From the IMG/VR virus record IMGVR_UViG_3300023198_001125: a stretch of DNA of 64,000 bases. One strand, 5' to 3'. The notes under the pieces were generated by a model that was not told the origin of the DNA, did not search any database, and worked only from the letters and a program-made list of their open reading frames with translations. This document shows, in pieces, positions 36,481-47,700 of this stretch (its first letter is position 1; every line of letters begins with the position of its first letter). The stretch comes from a virus. A program made the translations under genes and the position numbers.

Positions 36481-36871
36481 CAGACAAAAGGTTCAAGGTA
36501 ACAAGTGGCCTTGGTGAACCGGTGGAGTTTGGTGAACCCGACTTGGAAGACGATGCCTATCTCCATGTTGATGTTGCTGGCATGGGCTTGATCTTGATCA
36601 AGGCCGACATCGAGGGAATAGTCGTAGATGTCTATCCCGAAGATGAAGAGGAGCCTGTTGCTGGTTGTTGGGCTACCAAGGGAGAGCTGGAGGCACCAGA
36701 ATGATACGAGAGAGTGGGTGTTTTCTGCTTATAGTGTTACTGATATGGTTTCTTGCGGCGCTCTATGGAAGTTTTATATTCTTGACTAGTGTCGGCGGGA
36801 TGAACCCATACATGGCAGGTTTTATCATAGTCCTGCTAATTATAACGACGTGGTTACTAGGAGAAGCCTAA
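36477..36871 (+). CDS. two hypothetical genes (36477-36704 acidic; 36701-36871 membrane)
   Basis: ATGA overlaps and RBS. Confidence 0.6.
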
Positions 36872-37857
36872 TGTTTCAAATCGAAAAAGCTACAAAGTTA
36901 GCTGCGAAAGGTCGCATTGCGATAACCGGCCCAGCGGGCTCTGGGAAAACCTATACTGCACTGGTGATTGCTACTGTGCTGATGGGTGATGGTAGGATTT
37001 TATACCTGGATAGTGAGGCGAGATCAAGTGAGAAGTACGCTGACATATTTGACTTTGATATTCTCCCTTTGGCTCCTCCGTATAGCGTCAAGACTTATCT
37101 TGACGCGATCAAGTTTGCCGGTGAGCAAGAGGGGTATACTGTTGTCGTGGTCGATAGCCTTTCTCACGCATGGAGCGGTGAGGGCGGTGCTCTTGAGCAA
37201 GTGGATGCAGCAAAGACAAAGTACAGAGGAAATACCTACGCCGCTTGGAAAGACGTGACCCCGACCCAATGGAAGATGGTTGAGGCCATCCTTCAAAACC
37301 CGAAGCATGTGATTGCCTGCATGCGTAGTAAGATGGAGCACGTCATCGAGAAGAGTGGTGATAAAACCTCTGTCCGCAAGGTTGGTATGGAACCCATCCA
37401 GCGAGCTGGTATGGAGTACGAGTTTGATGTTGTGCTTGACATGGACTGGGATCACAATGCCATTGTGTCCAAGACACGTATGGATAGTATCGCTGACCTG
37501 GTAGTCAATAAGCCTGATGCTGAGTTCGCTCAGAAGATTGCAGATTGGCTGTCGAGCGGTGAAGCTGCAAGACCAGAGCCTTTGGCAGTCCAAGAGCCTG
37601 CCGTAGAGCAAGAGGCAGTCAATGTTGAAGAAGGAGAGGCCATTGTTGAGGCATTGGGTGAGCGTAGCTTTACTCAGGGTGATTTGGTTGCCCTGGCAAG
37701 ACAGAGCTATGACTTTGATGCATCGCAGGTAGGTGCAGCTCTCAAAGCCCAAGGTCATTCGACTTTCGACGTCGAAAACTGGGATAGCTATGTGGAAGCA
37801 CTTGCGTTGTACAACGAGAGCATCCAAGAGGCCAACCAGGCACATGTCCTTACTTGA
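36871..37857 (+). CDS. AAA ATPase, Sak4/AAA_24-like recombination protein
   Basis: GPAGSGKT, LDSE, VVVDSLSH, YEFD. Confidence 0.85.
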   Translation: MFQIEKATKLAAKGRIAITGPAGSGKTYTALVIATVLMGDGRILYLDSEARSSEKYADIFDFDILPLAPPYSVKTYLDAIKFAGEQEGYTVVVVDSLSHAWSGEGGALEQVDAAKTKYRGNTYAAWKDVTPTQWKMVEAILQNPKHVIACMRSKMEHVIEKSGDKTSVRKVGMEPIQRAGMEYEFDVVLDMDWDHNAIVSKTRMDSIADLVVNKPDAEFAQKIADWLSSGEAARPEPLAVQEPAVEQEAVNVEEGEAIVEALGERSFTQGDLVALARQSYDFDASQVGAALKAQGHSTFDVENWDSYVEALALYNESIQEANQAHVLT

Positions 37858-38077
37858 GTTTTATACCTACGCCCTCAAGCCAATGCTAGTTGGCTTGGGG
37901 GCACTAATAGTAATATTTGTGGTTGGCGCGCTCCTGGGTGCTGGCTGGGTCTATGTCGAGGAGAAGATAAAAGAGAGAGTTCAGATTGTTGTTCCAAGAT
38001 GGCTGGACATAACTGTGAAGACAGTCCTAGCCATAGGGTTTGTCTGGGCACTAGGGATGATGCTAACGATGGAGTAG
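37844..38077 (+). CDS. small membrane protein
   Basis: Two TM segments. Confidence 0.6.
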   Translation: MSLLEFYTYALKPMLVGLGALIVIFVVGALLGAGWVYVEEKIKERVQIVVPRWLDITVKTVLAIGFVWALGMMLTME

Positions 38078-38080
38078 GAG

Positions 38081-38296
38081 ATGGAAGATCAAGTTCTGAA
38101 GTACGTAAAGGAGTTCATAGAAGAGCATGGATACTCGCCAACAATCAGGGAAATACGTGATAGTTGTGGTATCAGCTCGACTTCGGTGGTGGCTACCTAC
38201 TTGGGTACGCTAGAGAGAAGGCAGCTCATCACCATGGAGGCTGGAAAGCCAAGAACAATACGAGTAAAGGAGAACGGAAATGAAGGTGTTCTTTAG
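38081..38296 (+). CDS. stand-alone LexA-type winged-helix DNA-binding domain
   Basis: FIEEHGYSPTIREI...GISSTSVV..YL..LER...I......PRTIRV; no peptidase domain. Confidence 0.85.
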   Translation: MEDQVLKYVKEFIEEHGYSPTIREIRDSCGISSTSVVATYLGTLERRQLITMEAGKPRTIRVKENGNEGVL

Positions 38297-40405
38297 TCAC
38301 TGGCGCATACCAAATGGTCAGGCCAAGAAGGACAGAGGCGAGCCGCAGTTCGATGGAGAGCTGCTGCGCTACTACCGCAGCACAACGAACATGTATGTTC
38401 CCGATCCAAGAGGTGGCGCAACAACGTGTGAGGCCAGGCTGGACAACGGCCTGGTGTTTTCTGCTACAGCCAAGTGCTCTCGCGGCGACGTGTTCTGCTA
38501 CAAAGAGGGGCGGATGTGGGCGTACGCTCGTGTACTAGAGCAAATGATCGAGAGTGTAGAGGAGTGGAACTATGTGCCCACTGAGCCTGGCACAGTCTCG
38601 ATGATTATGCCGAAGATATCGGCGGAGTACATTGGCCTGGCACTCAAGAAGATTTTGAGAAACCGGAACTACTCTCAGGAGTTTCGAACTAAGCTGGGCA
38701 GGTTCATCAAAGATGTCAAATACTCTGAAGTTTGAGATCGACGCTAGATTTAGTAAGGAGCTCTCTCCCGTCCAAAAGGGCGTGCTGGTCAAAGAGATTA
38801 TTGGTAAGTTACTGGAGGCTCAGCTCGCCGAAGAGTTGGTATACTTATCGGTGCATGTGGGCGGGAGAGAGGTTCTAATCAAAACTTTAGACAAGGAGAA
38901 GATAGAATGAATGATGAAGAAGTTTTCGATGTCGAAAACGAAGAGAAGGCGGTATACGCACCAATGGATGGTGAGTACCCCGATCAGCCTGATGAAGACC
39001 CGCCGGAGATTGCTCGTGAGCTAGTTGACGAAAGTGTCAAGCAACAGATCGAGCTCTGGGTTACTGACGGTAACATATGGGGCCAGGAAAACATGGGTGT
39101 ACGCAAGACAATCAGTGTCGCACCGGTTGACGAGGAGCGTAAGACAGAGGTGATGCTTGATGACAAAGAGATATCACCGAAAGACCTGATTGAACCCCTC
39201 CTGGAGGCAGGTGTATTGTTTGGCCCGTTTACCCTTGCGGTGGACGAGTACAAGGATGGGAGTAAAAAGAAGTTTGCCATTTCTCAGGCTATTGTCTTCA
39301 AGGGCAATGACCTGTCCAGAACCGTTGCTGAAGTACGCCTATCTGCGGCGCGTCAAGTCTACGGGTTCCTGGTCAATTCGGGAGAGGCAGAGCGCTTCAG
39401 TATACTTGACACTGCCAAGTCAGTAGAGGAGAAGAGAGCCTTGGAGCACCCAGCGTTCTTTGGGTTGAACTTTGGCTACACAGCCCCCTGATTGGGGTTA
39501 CTGTCCCCGTTGCTGGACGCAGACCCAATGGGAGAATGGAAAATGCAAGTGTGGACGGGAGGTGCGCAATGGAGGAAAAGACCTGGGATTGGGTAGACGT
39601 AGAGAGCCTGATCGAGAAGAGAGTGTACGAGCTACAACACGATCTGATCAAGCCAGAGGACTTCACTGAACAGGTTCGCATGGACTTACAGGAGCTAATG
39701 GGTGAGCCCGAATAGGGCTCACCAAGGAGTTACTATGAGCAAGACGATAGAGATGTGGATACTTGACAACGCCGAGGAGGAAGTCCCCTGTCCTAGTTGT
39801 GAGGTGAATGTCCAATTGGAGGTTCTCAACAAAGCTTACGAGATGAACAAAAAATTCAAGTGGTCACGTAAGCTAAGCATTAAATGTCCGTACTGCAAGA
39901 AGATTATTGCGTTTGAAGTATCGTGGATACCAGAGTGGGTTAGAGCAAGAGCGATGGAGGTATGATGGTTTCTCTAGATGAGGTATTATACAAAAACAAG
40001 GCTGCAATTCAGGAGGACAGAGCTGACCGAAATCTTGCTCTGTACAGGGAGGAGAAGCGCGATCACTGGGCTACAAAGCGAGAGAGGGATAGTGCCGTTG
40101 AAGAAAGCGAGAGAAGGTGGGCGGGGCACCAGAGAGATCGCGATGACCTGGCGCTAGCCAAAGACCGTATTATGTCACTCTCTAAGATGGTTGTGGAGCT
40201 GTCGAGAAATATAGAAATCGCCAAGGGGACGGAAGAGGCCCTCCGTATACTACTTGACGAGAAACTGAACGATGATATCTTCTTGAGCAAGTTCGGGGGT
40301 GAGCTCAGTGAGGCTGATGTAGATGCCCTGACGCTCATGAAGCAAAGAGCATGGGGGTTATCACAGCTTGCAGGTGAATTGTTAAAAGACAGAGCCCCTA
40401 ACTAG
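38280..40405 (+). CDS. run of six hypothetical genes (38280-38735, 38713-38910, 38907-39491, 39472-39669, 39735-39965, 39962-40405)
   Basis: Coupled ORFs; two carry CxxC pairs. Confidence 0.65.
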
Positions 40406-40418
40406 GGGCTCTTTTTTT
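40391..40418 (+). terminator. intrinsic terminator at the convergence of the two gene blocks
   Basis: AGAGCCCCT-AACT-AGGGGCTCT followed by a T run. Confidence 0.85.
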
Positions 40419-40830
40419 AGGGTGTATTGATACTGATGAGACTAAAGTAATACCCTAGTCCCAGTGTAACTATCGTGCTTATTGTCACAGTTATACCAGT
40501 GAAGAATACCGCCCTCCATCCTCGTAGCCACTCCAGTTTAGATGTGGCGCTGAGTGTAGCTCTATTGGTGCTGTCGTTTTCTATTGCTGTGAGGCGCACA
40601 TTGATTTCGCCAACTGCGTTGTCGATACACTTGAGTTCGTTGGTTAGACCAGGTTTGCCATTGCCGTGTACAGCATCATGGATTTCTCCTACGCTGTTGT
40701 TGAGTGTATTGTGCCACTCTTCGTTGCGTATGAGCTCCCCTTTGACGTACTCCATGCCGTCGCACAGACTGTCGACTTTGCCTCCAATTGAGTTCATTCC
40801 TACGAGTAGGAGTTCGTTGTCAGTTGCCAT
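40417..40830 (-). CDS. putative holin-like/lysis-associated membrane protein
   Basis: Coiled coil plus C-terminal TM; immediately downstream of the endolysin. Confidence 0.5.
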   Translation of the reverse strand: MATDNELLLVGMNSIGGKVDSLCDGMEYVKGELIRNEEWHNTLNNSVGEIHDAVHGNGKPGLTNELKCIDNAVGEINVRLTAIENDSTNRATLSATSKLEWLRGWRAVFFTGITVTISTIVTLGLGYYFSLISINTP

Positions 40831-40831
40831 G

Positions 40832-41713
40832 TTACTCCATTGGTATGATGTATTTGGCTTTTACGAAGGAGCCATCACCTAGTTTGTACCACTTGACTTG
40901 CTCGGCATCTCGAGTTTCATCAAGTACAGCGACACCTGCCTCGTGTGGTATCAGGCCGATTTTCTCGCCCATCGGGACGTTGAATATGTTGATGTTTGCA
41001 GGTAGTGAGACCTTACCCATGAATGGGAATGGCGCTGGCTCTACTGGCCAGTCAATCATACCCTTGCGTAGTGCTATGTAGGCATCGTACTGTGATTGCG
41101 TGCCCTTGTACCAGTTGCGGTCGTATCCCTTGAATACGGCGCCAGGGATTGGATTGGTCTTGCTGTCCTGCCAGAGTTCGTACTCAGGGGCTCTCTTGCC
41201 CTCCCAGGGAACAGGGATTGCAGGGGCATTTTCTCTGTATGACGCTACCCATAGTGGATAGTTGCCTAACCATGATGGATTGCCCAAGAGGTCTTTGACT
41301 ACGTAGTAGCTCGTGTAGAGCCATGGCTTTTCGCCCCATATCTGTTCTGTTTCCAGACATAGGAGTTGTAAATGTGCGCTCGCTGCGGATAGGGACAGGA
41401 CACCGGTGTTGTTGTATTTCTCGATGTCAATTGCGGGTGGGAATAATGGGCGTTGCCAGGCGGTAGCAATATCGAAGTAGTGCTTCGCTTGCTTCTGTGC
41501 ATCAAAGCCAGCACGCCAATAGTGGAAAGAGCCAAAAGGAAGGTCGAGGCCCTCGGCTTCTTGCTGCCAGTCATCATAATAGTCATCCGTCCATGTTGTG
41601 CCCTCTGTGCACTTGGTAATGAACCCTTGCTGTCCATCGGCGATGAGTAACGGGAGAGGCGTTGGCCATCTCCAGTGACTACCATCGGTTATCTCTACTT
41701 GCTTATTCGGCAT
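40832..41713 (-). CDS. endolysin, GH25 muramidase with SH3-like C-terminus
   Basis: TDGSHW, KCTEG, FHY, AIDIEK (DxE), LWVASY, LWQ; start MPNKQ at 41713. Confidence 0.9.
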   Translation of the reverse strand: MPNKQVEITDGSHWRWPTPLPLLIADGQQGFITKCTEGTTWTDDYYDDWQQEAEGLDLPFGSFHYWRAGFDAQKQAKHYFDIATAWQRPLFPPAIDIEKYNNTGVLSLSAASAHLQLLCLETEQIWGEKPWLYTSYYVVKDLLGNPSWLGNYPLWVASYRENAPAIPVPWEGKRAPEYELWQDSKTNPIPGAVFKGYDRNWYKGTQSQYDAYIALRKGMIDWPVEPAPFPFMGKVSLPANINIFNVPMGEKIGLIPHEAGVAVLDETRDAEQVKWYKLGDGSFVKAKYIIPME

Positions 41714-42083
41714 TCTGTACTCCTTCGGGATCAGCGGCAGGAATATCCTGTATATCTTCGGCGCCGATTTCTGGAGGCGCACCATCTTCTGGTGTAGGTA
41801 GTTCAACTGAACCTCCTGCCTGTGCAAGTTCTACCTGCTTGGCTATCTCCTGCTGGTTGAATAGGTTCTTGGCTGCATCAAAAATTTGTTGCAGGATTTC
41901 GTTGGGGGCCTCCCCACCAACCTGCTTTGCGTCAACACGCTGGGTGCGACTGTCAAAGGTGACAACAATGGTAAGTACAGGTGCATTAGCTAGCTGAGCT
42001 AGCTGTTGGATTTGTTCCACTTGTTCTTTCTTGTTGCTGGTTCCTAGCATTTCTGCTATTGGGTCTTTCTTTCTCATTGGCAT
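41703..42083 (-). CDS. hypothetical protein
   Basis: AGGAGG RBS, 126 aa. Confidence 0.7.
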   Translation of the reverse strand: MPMRKKDPIAEMLGTSNKKEQVEQIQQLAQLANAPVLTIVVTFDSRTQRVDAKQVGGEAPNEILQQIFDAAKNLFNQQEIAKQVELAQAGGSVELPTPEDGAPPEIGAEDIQDIPAADPEGVQNAE

Positions 42084-42101
42084 AATAAGCCTCCTATTTG
42101 T

Positions 42102-42110
42102 ATTGTATCA
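42102..42110 (-). promoter_or_regulatory. extended -10 promoter for the lysis cassette
   Basis: TG-A-TACAAT upstream of the RBS of 42083. Confidence 0.5.
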
Positions 42111-44720
42111 TATTGAGTAACCATATACCTGTACCCAGCAGTCCATGGTTCCCGATCCACTTGCGGAGATAGCCCAATTTAGTGTACCGCCGCTAAGAGG
42201 AACAAGTGCTGTAGCGCCGGAGAATATTCCGTTGGTTATTGGAGAACTTGCACCAGGTGGGTAGCAAGCCAGTGCTAGGTGAGAGGATTGAGGGCCAACA
42301 GCAAAGTAAAGGTCTTTTGGCCATGCTCCACTATCTCTGGCAATGAGCCGCACGAGTACGGCATTTGCGTTCTCTGGTATACCAAGGTTGGCCTCAGTAA
42401 AACTACCAGTGCTTGATGAGCGACCAGTTCCTGCCCATCCAGAAACGGCTACTGCTGATGTGAAATAGTGAACAGCATATACATCTCTGAATGTCCCGCT
42501 TTTGTACGAACGAAGGTTGCCGGTGTAGCCAACGTCTCCTGAGCCAGGCCCAGTTGATCCACCTGCCATAAGTTGAAGAGTACTTATCAATCCATTTGTT
42601 GCTTGAACTGCTGGCCCACTACTCCCAACATTTAGCCCACCAAGGATGCCCATGTCTCCAGTTAGTAAGAGCTGGTCAGTTACTCCGGTTATCTTTCTGG
42701 CCGGAGATGCGTTTGCATCAGTCCATACTTGCCAGTAAGCTTGTGTTGCCCCACTGCTTGCGTTTAGTTTTGTGTATGCGGCATAGTTTGTAGCCGCCAT
42801 CGATAATAGCTCCAGTCCTTCTGATCTGGTATCCGTCGCACCACCTTGGACTATAACCCCAACGGCTTTTGATACTTGCTCACTACCATATATCTTGAAT
42901 GTTGTATTGCCATAGTCCCATTCAATTGCAGCCTCTTGAGCATATGCATTCCATGTAGATAGCTTTATTCCTAGGCCATCGATAGACACTACTCCACCAG
43001 CTGCCTTGATTACAAATGCACCCTCTGTCTCTGCGTTATAGGACATATAGTTGCCAGTGTCGTAATCACCAATGCCAATACCATAGCGGTTGGTGCCAGC
43101 TCCATATGATCCGTACATATTTCCAATGCGTGCTTTTACAAACTGCTGAGACCATGGGCCATGGACTGCTGTTATGTCAATAGTGCATAGCGTCCCGCCT
43201 GCCGGGGCAACAGTTGTGGCCTTGATACCTGTAGAGTAGTCGTATCCTGCTGTTGTTAGTGTCACTGTATCTACTACCGTTGTTGTACCAACTAGTGTGG
43301 CTACGGTGCATGTTGCTGTGCCACTTGAGCCTACTTCAACAAGAGTAAGGATGTTTCCAACAGCATAGCCTGATCCCCCGTCTTCTACTACTACTGTTGT
43401 CACCATATGATTTAGTATTTCAGCAATACTTATGTTTGCTGATGCACCAATGGTTCCATCAGCAGACTGCATAATATAACCGCTGGTAGATGGCCCATAG
43501 TCAATAATAGCCATGCCTTTGTTGAAGGTTGTGTCCCAGCTACCGCTTTCCATGTAGGCGTCGTATTCGGTGTATCCAGTTTGGACATCGGGAGTGCCAG
43601 TGATGGTCATCCATATGTCAACGATAGCAGTACCACTCCATCCCTTAATTCTTACTACATCACCGCTTGCTAAAAGTGCAACATCTCCTGTCTCATTGTT
43701 CTTTGCTTGGAATGCGTTGCTTACTGCGCCTGCTGCTGATGGTGTAGTGAAGCTCTCGTACAGTTCAGCGGCGGATTTGAATACGCCCTGTGAGCCTGCT
43801 GTTGCAGTTATCTCTCCGATATTGAATACGCTGGCACGAATAGTCCCTCTTACAACTACGTTATTGAACTCTGCGTTTCCGTCTAGGGCATAAAGACCGA
43901 AGCCAGTATATCCAGGGTCAAATCCTTCGGACTTGATCATCCTGCTATCACCGTCTATGTATATCCTTGGCGCGCCAGCACCAACAATAATTTGGTCGTT
44001 GGCACTATCAAGAATAATACCGGTCTTCTTTATTTGGGTGGCGTTGATAGTCCATCCAGCAATGACAGCAGAAGAGGAGATTAGCTGGCCACTTTTCGAC
44101 ACCGAAAAGGGTGCACTTGCGGGGGCGCTGTCACCTGCCCATATACGGTAAGTGGCGTCCTCTACTCCTAGTTTTACAATGTCAGGGTCTCTTCCTAGGG
44201 TTATTGTCCCTAGAGGGTTAATGGATACTTGGTCTGAGAAAAGTATACCGTCGCTGGTAACATCCCAGCCTGGGAGAATTTCGCCGATGGCGTGCTTATG
44301 GTCTGCGAGAGCTGGTATAAAACTGAGGTGCTCGAATGATATGCCGCCCTTCTTTACTCTTAGCCCCTGAGTTGCGCTGTTCTCGATTGTGATGCCGTCG
44401 GCTACTACGCCGCCGCCTGAACTACCACCAACAGAGAAGAGAATGCGGTTCTCTCCACCTCCACCACCTCCAGGGGCATACACCACTGGACGCATTGTTC
44501 CATGGTCGTTCTCCCATGTAAGTCCAACAACCTGACCAATTGCTATCTGGTTTGGATCGCCGACTACGCGGCAGTTTCTCATATGGGTTGTGCGACCAGG
44601 TAGCTGGATGTCGACTAGGTTTCCGTCAATTACTGCTACTGTCGCGCTTGTAGGATAGTCAATAATCTTACTATCAACTATTTTTTCAACAAGCTTGCGT
44701 ACTTGCTTAGGTGTTAGCAT
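42108..44720 (-). CDS. tail fibre / receptor-binding protein
   Basis: Gly/Thr-rich beta-structured 870 aa; AEFNNVVVRGTI; last gene of the tail module. Confidence 0.75.
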   Translation of the reverse strand: MLTPKQVRKLVEKIVDSKIIDYPTSATVAVIDGNLVDIQLPGRTTHMRNCRVVGDPNQIAIGQVVGLTWENDHGTMRPVVYAPGGGGGGENRILFSVGGSSGGGVVADGITIENSATQGLRVKKGGISFEHLSFIPALADHKHAIGEILPGWDVTSDGILFSDQVSINPLGTITLGRDPDIVKLGVEDATYRIWAGDSAPASAPFSVSKSGQLISSSAVIAGWTINATQIKKTGIILDSANDQIIVGAGAPRIYIDGDSRMIKSEGFDPGYTGFGLYALDGNAEFNNVVVRGTIRASVFNIGEITATAGSQGVFKSAAELYESFTTPSAAGAVSNAFQAKNNETGDVALLASGDVVRIKGWSGTAIVDIWMTITGTPDVQTGYTEYDAYMESGSWDTTFNKGMAIIDYGPSTSGYIMQSADGTIGASANISIAEILNHMVTTVVVEDGGSGYAVGNILTLVEVGSSGTATCTVATLVGTTTVVDTVTLTTAGYDYSTGIKATTVAPAGGTLCTIDITAVHGPWSQQFVKARIGNMYGSYGAGTNRYGIGIGDYDTGNYMSYNAETEGAFVIKAAGGVVSIDGLGIKLSTWNAYAQEAAIEWDYGNTTFKIYGSEQVSKAVGVIVQGGATDTRSEGLELLSMAATNYAAYTKLNASSGATQAYWQVWTDANASPARKITGVTDQLLLTGDMGILGGLNVGSSGPAVQATNGLISTLQLMAGGSTGPGSGDVGYTGNLRSYKSGTFRDVYAVHYFTSAVAVSGWAGTGRSSSTGSFTEANLGIPENANAVLVRLIARDSGAWPKDLYFAVGPQSSHLALACYPPGASSPITNGIFSGATALVPLSGGTLNWAISASGSGTMDCWVQVYGYSI

Positions 44721-47700
44721 CGTGTCCTTGTATTTGCATGTCGAATACGGCTTGTGTCTTGCTGACTTCCATAGCAATGGCTATGCGGTCAACAACAATG
44801 CTTACTGTCTCGTCTGGAAACTCTACCTCGATTATATCACCGGCTTCTACACGAGGGTCACAAGCTCCAGATAGGTTGTATGAGTTAGATTGTTTGTATA
44901 CTTCATCTAGTAGCCAATCGGCCTCTACTTGGGCATCCTGAGCAGTCATTACGTCCTCAGAGTTAGCTAAGAAGAATAGGTTTCCGTGTTCTGCTAACGC
45001 GTCCTCGTCGATGGACATAGCAGCATCGGCTCCCTCAACACGCACCCTGGTGGCCATATTAGTCTCGTTGTATTCACCACCGCCTGCGTTGGCTAGATCG
45101 TATGGGTCTCCAGAGTTTACAGTTACTTTCTCTCTATATAGGCGCAGATCGCCATTTTGATCGTCCTGCCAGTATATCCTTTTCTGGCCAATTAGGCGGT
45201 TCATAGAGCTGCTGCCCTTGATACCTATATCCATGATGAAGTTGTCCACTCTTTGGCCTAATTCAGGCCAATTGTAGCGAACTGTGGCACCTGAGTAAGC
45301 GGGTGCAGCCCAGGATTGCGTGTTTATCTCTTCGGGTAGCTTGAATGCGGCCACCAGTGCTCCTGCCAGGTATACATTCGCTCGTTGCTCTTGCACTGAG
45401 AAGGTCATCCACCCGTCGGTTGCATAGGTTGAGTTGTTTAGAGGCACAGACTGGAGGACTGTCTGACTATCAGCGGTCATAAGTACTGCATGTCCGTTCG
45501 ATCCGCCTTGTACATATACCACCCATCCTCCGCTACCAGATGATGTGCGACCAAATTGAATGCCGCCCTTTCCACTTGAGCCGAGCATAGCCATATGCAC
45601 TACGCAGTTGGCCTGTTTTATCTTGTAGCTCCCAAACTGACTGCCTAGGTTCCATGAACCACTTGAGGTGACAGTTCTGTCCATGTGCTTCTTGGCTTCT
45701 ATATTTTGTACGCCAGCTTTTCGGGCTATCTCAACAATCATCTCCTCCATAGACCATTCCTTCTCGTTGGTAAATACGTTGAACTCATCTATGTGAACAC
45801 GACCTGGTGTATATAGGTTTAGCTTCTCTGTAAGGTCGTTATGGGATGATATCAGCGTGCTGTTGTAGCCACGGGTGCATGTTCCCTTGTAGACTATTGC
45901 CCACTGAGTGCCTGGTCTGAAAGCGCCACGGGTATCCTCGGTGACAAATATACGGGAGAAGTTCTTTGTGTCCCATTCTCCATATGATACGTTTCCAACG
46001 AAGTCTAACCAGTCGGGATTAGTTGGAGAAAAGTACCCACCGGTAGGTTTCCATTGGCGTGGGGCATCATAGTCCCATCCGCCTGCTGCCACCTCATATG
46101 TGTTTCCTTTTGCGGGCCCATCAAGGACTACAACCATCATATCGTTGTAGTAGTTGGCACTTGTGTCACCAAGCCCTCCTACATATTCACCCCATATTGG
46201 GAATGAGTTGGCTGGAGGCGTAAAACCTGGGTTGTCTTTTGGTTGTCCGTCATTTGGCCATAGATGGCATTCTTGATTTATCCATGCTGAGCGGGCGGTT
46301 GATGCAGTTCCGCCTATTGCGGTTACGTAATACTGCTCCTCGTCCACTATATATACTTCGGGTACCGGGAGAGCATTACTATATTGGTCTACCTTCCATC
46401 CAAATGGAAGATATGTGGCGGTGTTGTTGTGGGGTCGGTTGTATGTCCATGAGATTTCGTTGTGTGTGAATAAGCCGAAGCGACCAACTGGCTGAGCACG
46501 GAAATAGGGTTTGTCCTCCTCTTCAAAGCTTTCAGTAAAAAGCTTTGTCCAGGAGGAAGCGCTGTCTGCCCTGTAGTAGACGTCTATGTGCCCCTCTTGG
46601 TATCTCACCATAAGCCAGTAGTCTGTAGCCGCTGATAGTGCCAATGACACGGTGTTGAGAACAGGCCAGGTTACCCAGTCTCCATCACGTACTGCTCTTA
46701 GTGATACACCAGGCGCACCAGAATGCTCTTTTGTACCCCAGGCAACCAACAGATAGTTCCTGCCATAATCTAGCCATGATAGCGTGTTTGGATCAGCAAC
46801 TCCAGCTCTTTCTGCTGCCTGCTCTTTAGTTTCAACATAGTAGTTTATAGCGATACCGGCTATAGGGTTATAGTTTGTATCACTATCGTACTTGAATTTC
46901 ATTTGAGCTATTCCACCTCTGGATGGGCGGGCTGTAGAATACATAAGGCCAAGTTTTTCTTGGGTAGCGAGGTTGGACACTGGGTTCATGTCAGTGCAGG
47001 TTAGTTTGTCGGCGACAACTTCCCAATGACCATCAACCCTGATTACCTCAGAGCGAAGAGCAGGTGATGCTATTTTAGTATCAGCACCCCAATAGTCATA
47101 TGACGTATCTGGCTTCCACATTTGCAGGTTCTTAGCTGAGCGAGAACGGCCAATAATAGTCTTGTATTCCCCACTCTCGCCTTGGTCATCGAGGACAACA
47201 TCTATGTTGAATGTCCCCATCTTGACTTCCTGTGGTGAGCCACCTTCTTGAGCTACACTTGCATACCATATGAGGTCGGAACCACTTCGAAGAGCTGAGC
47301 CAGACACACTGGGTGGTATGTCGGCGATAATCTTGGCACTGTCGTTTTGTGATGATGTAAAACGTACACTGTGTACGTCATCGATAGATAGGGATGGAGA
47401 TGTATCTCCAGTGAAGTCAACGCCATCTGCCTCATAGCCAAATCCGGGCCCAATGTAATACACCTTTGAGCCTATAAAGTGCATCTTTCCACCAGCTAGA
47501 ATGTTATCATCTGTTGTGCCATCAGTTCCCACAAAGATGTCACGTCCCATAGTCCATGGAGGCCCTTGTGAGTACATTTGCATGTGGCCGCCATCAGTTC
47601 TTATTAGGGCGCCGCCAACCCATAGGTCACCAGTAAGAGCCCATGGTTCATCACTGCCTATACTACCTGGACGGGTCACGCCACCCCATGCGAATTGGTT

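Noticed and set aside
37024-37845. 273-aa minus-strand ORF
   Set aside because: Antisense shadow of the Sak4-like ATPase; no motifs or RBS.
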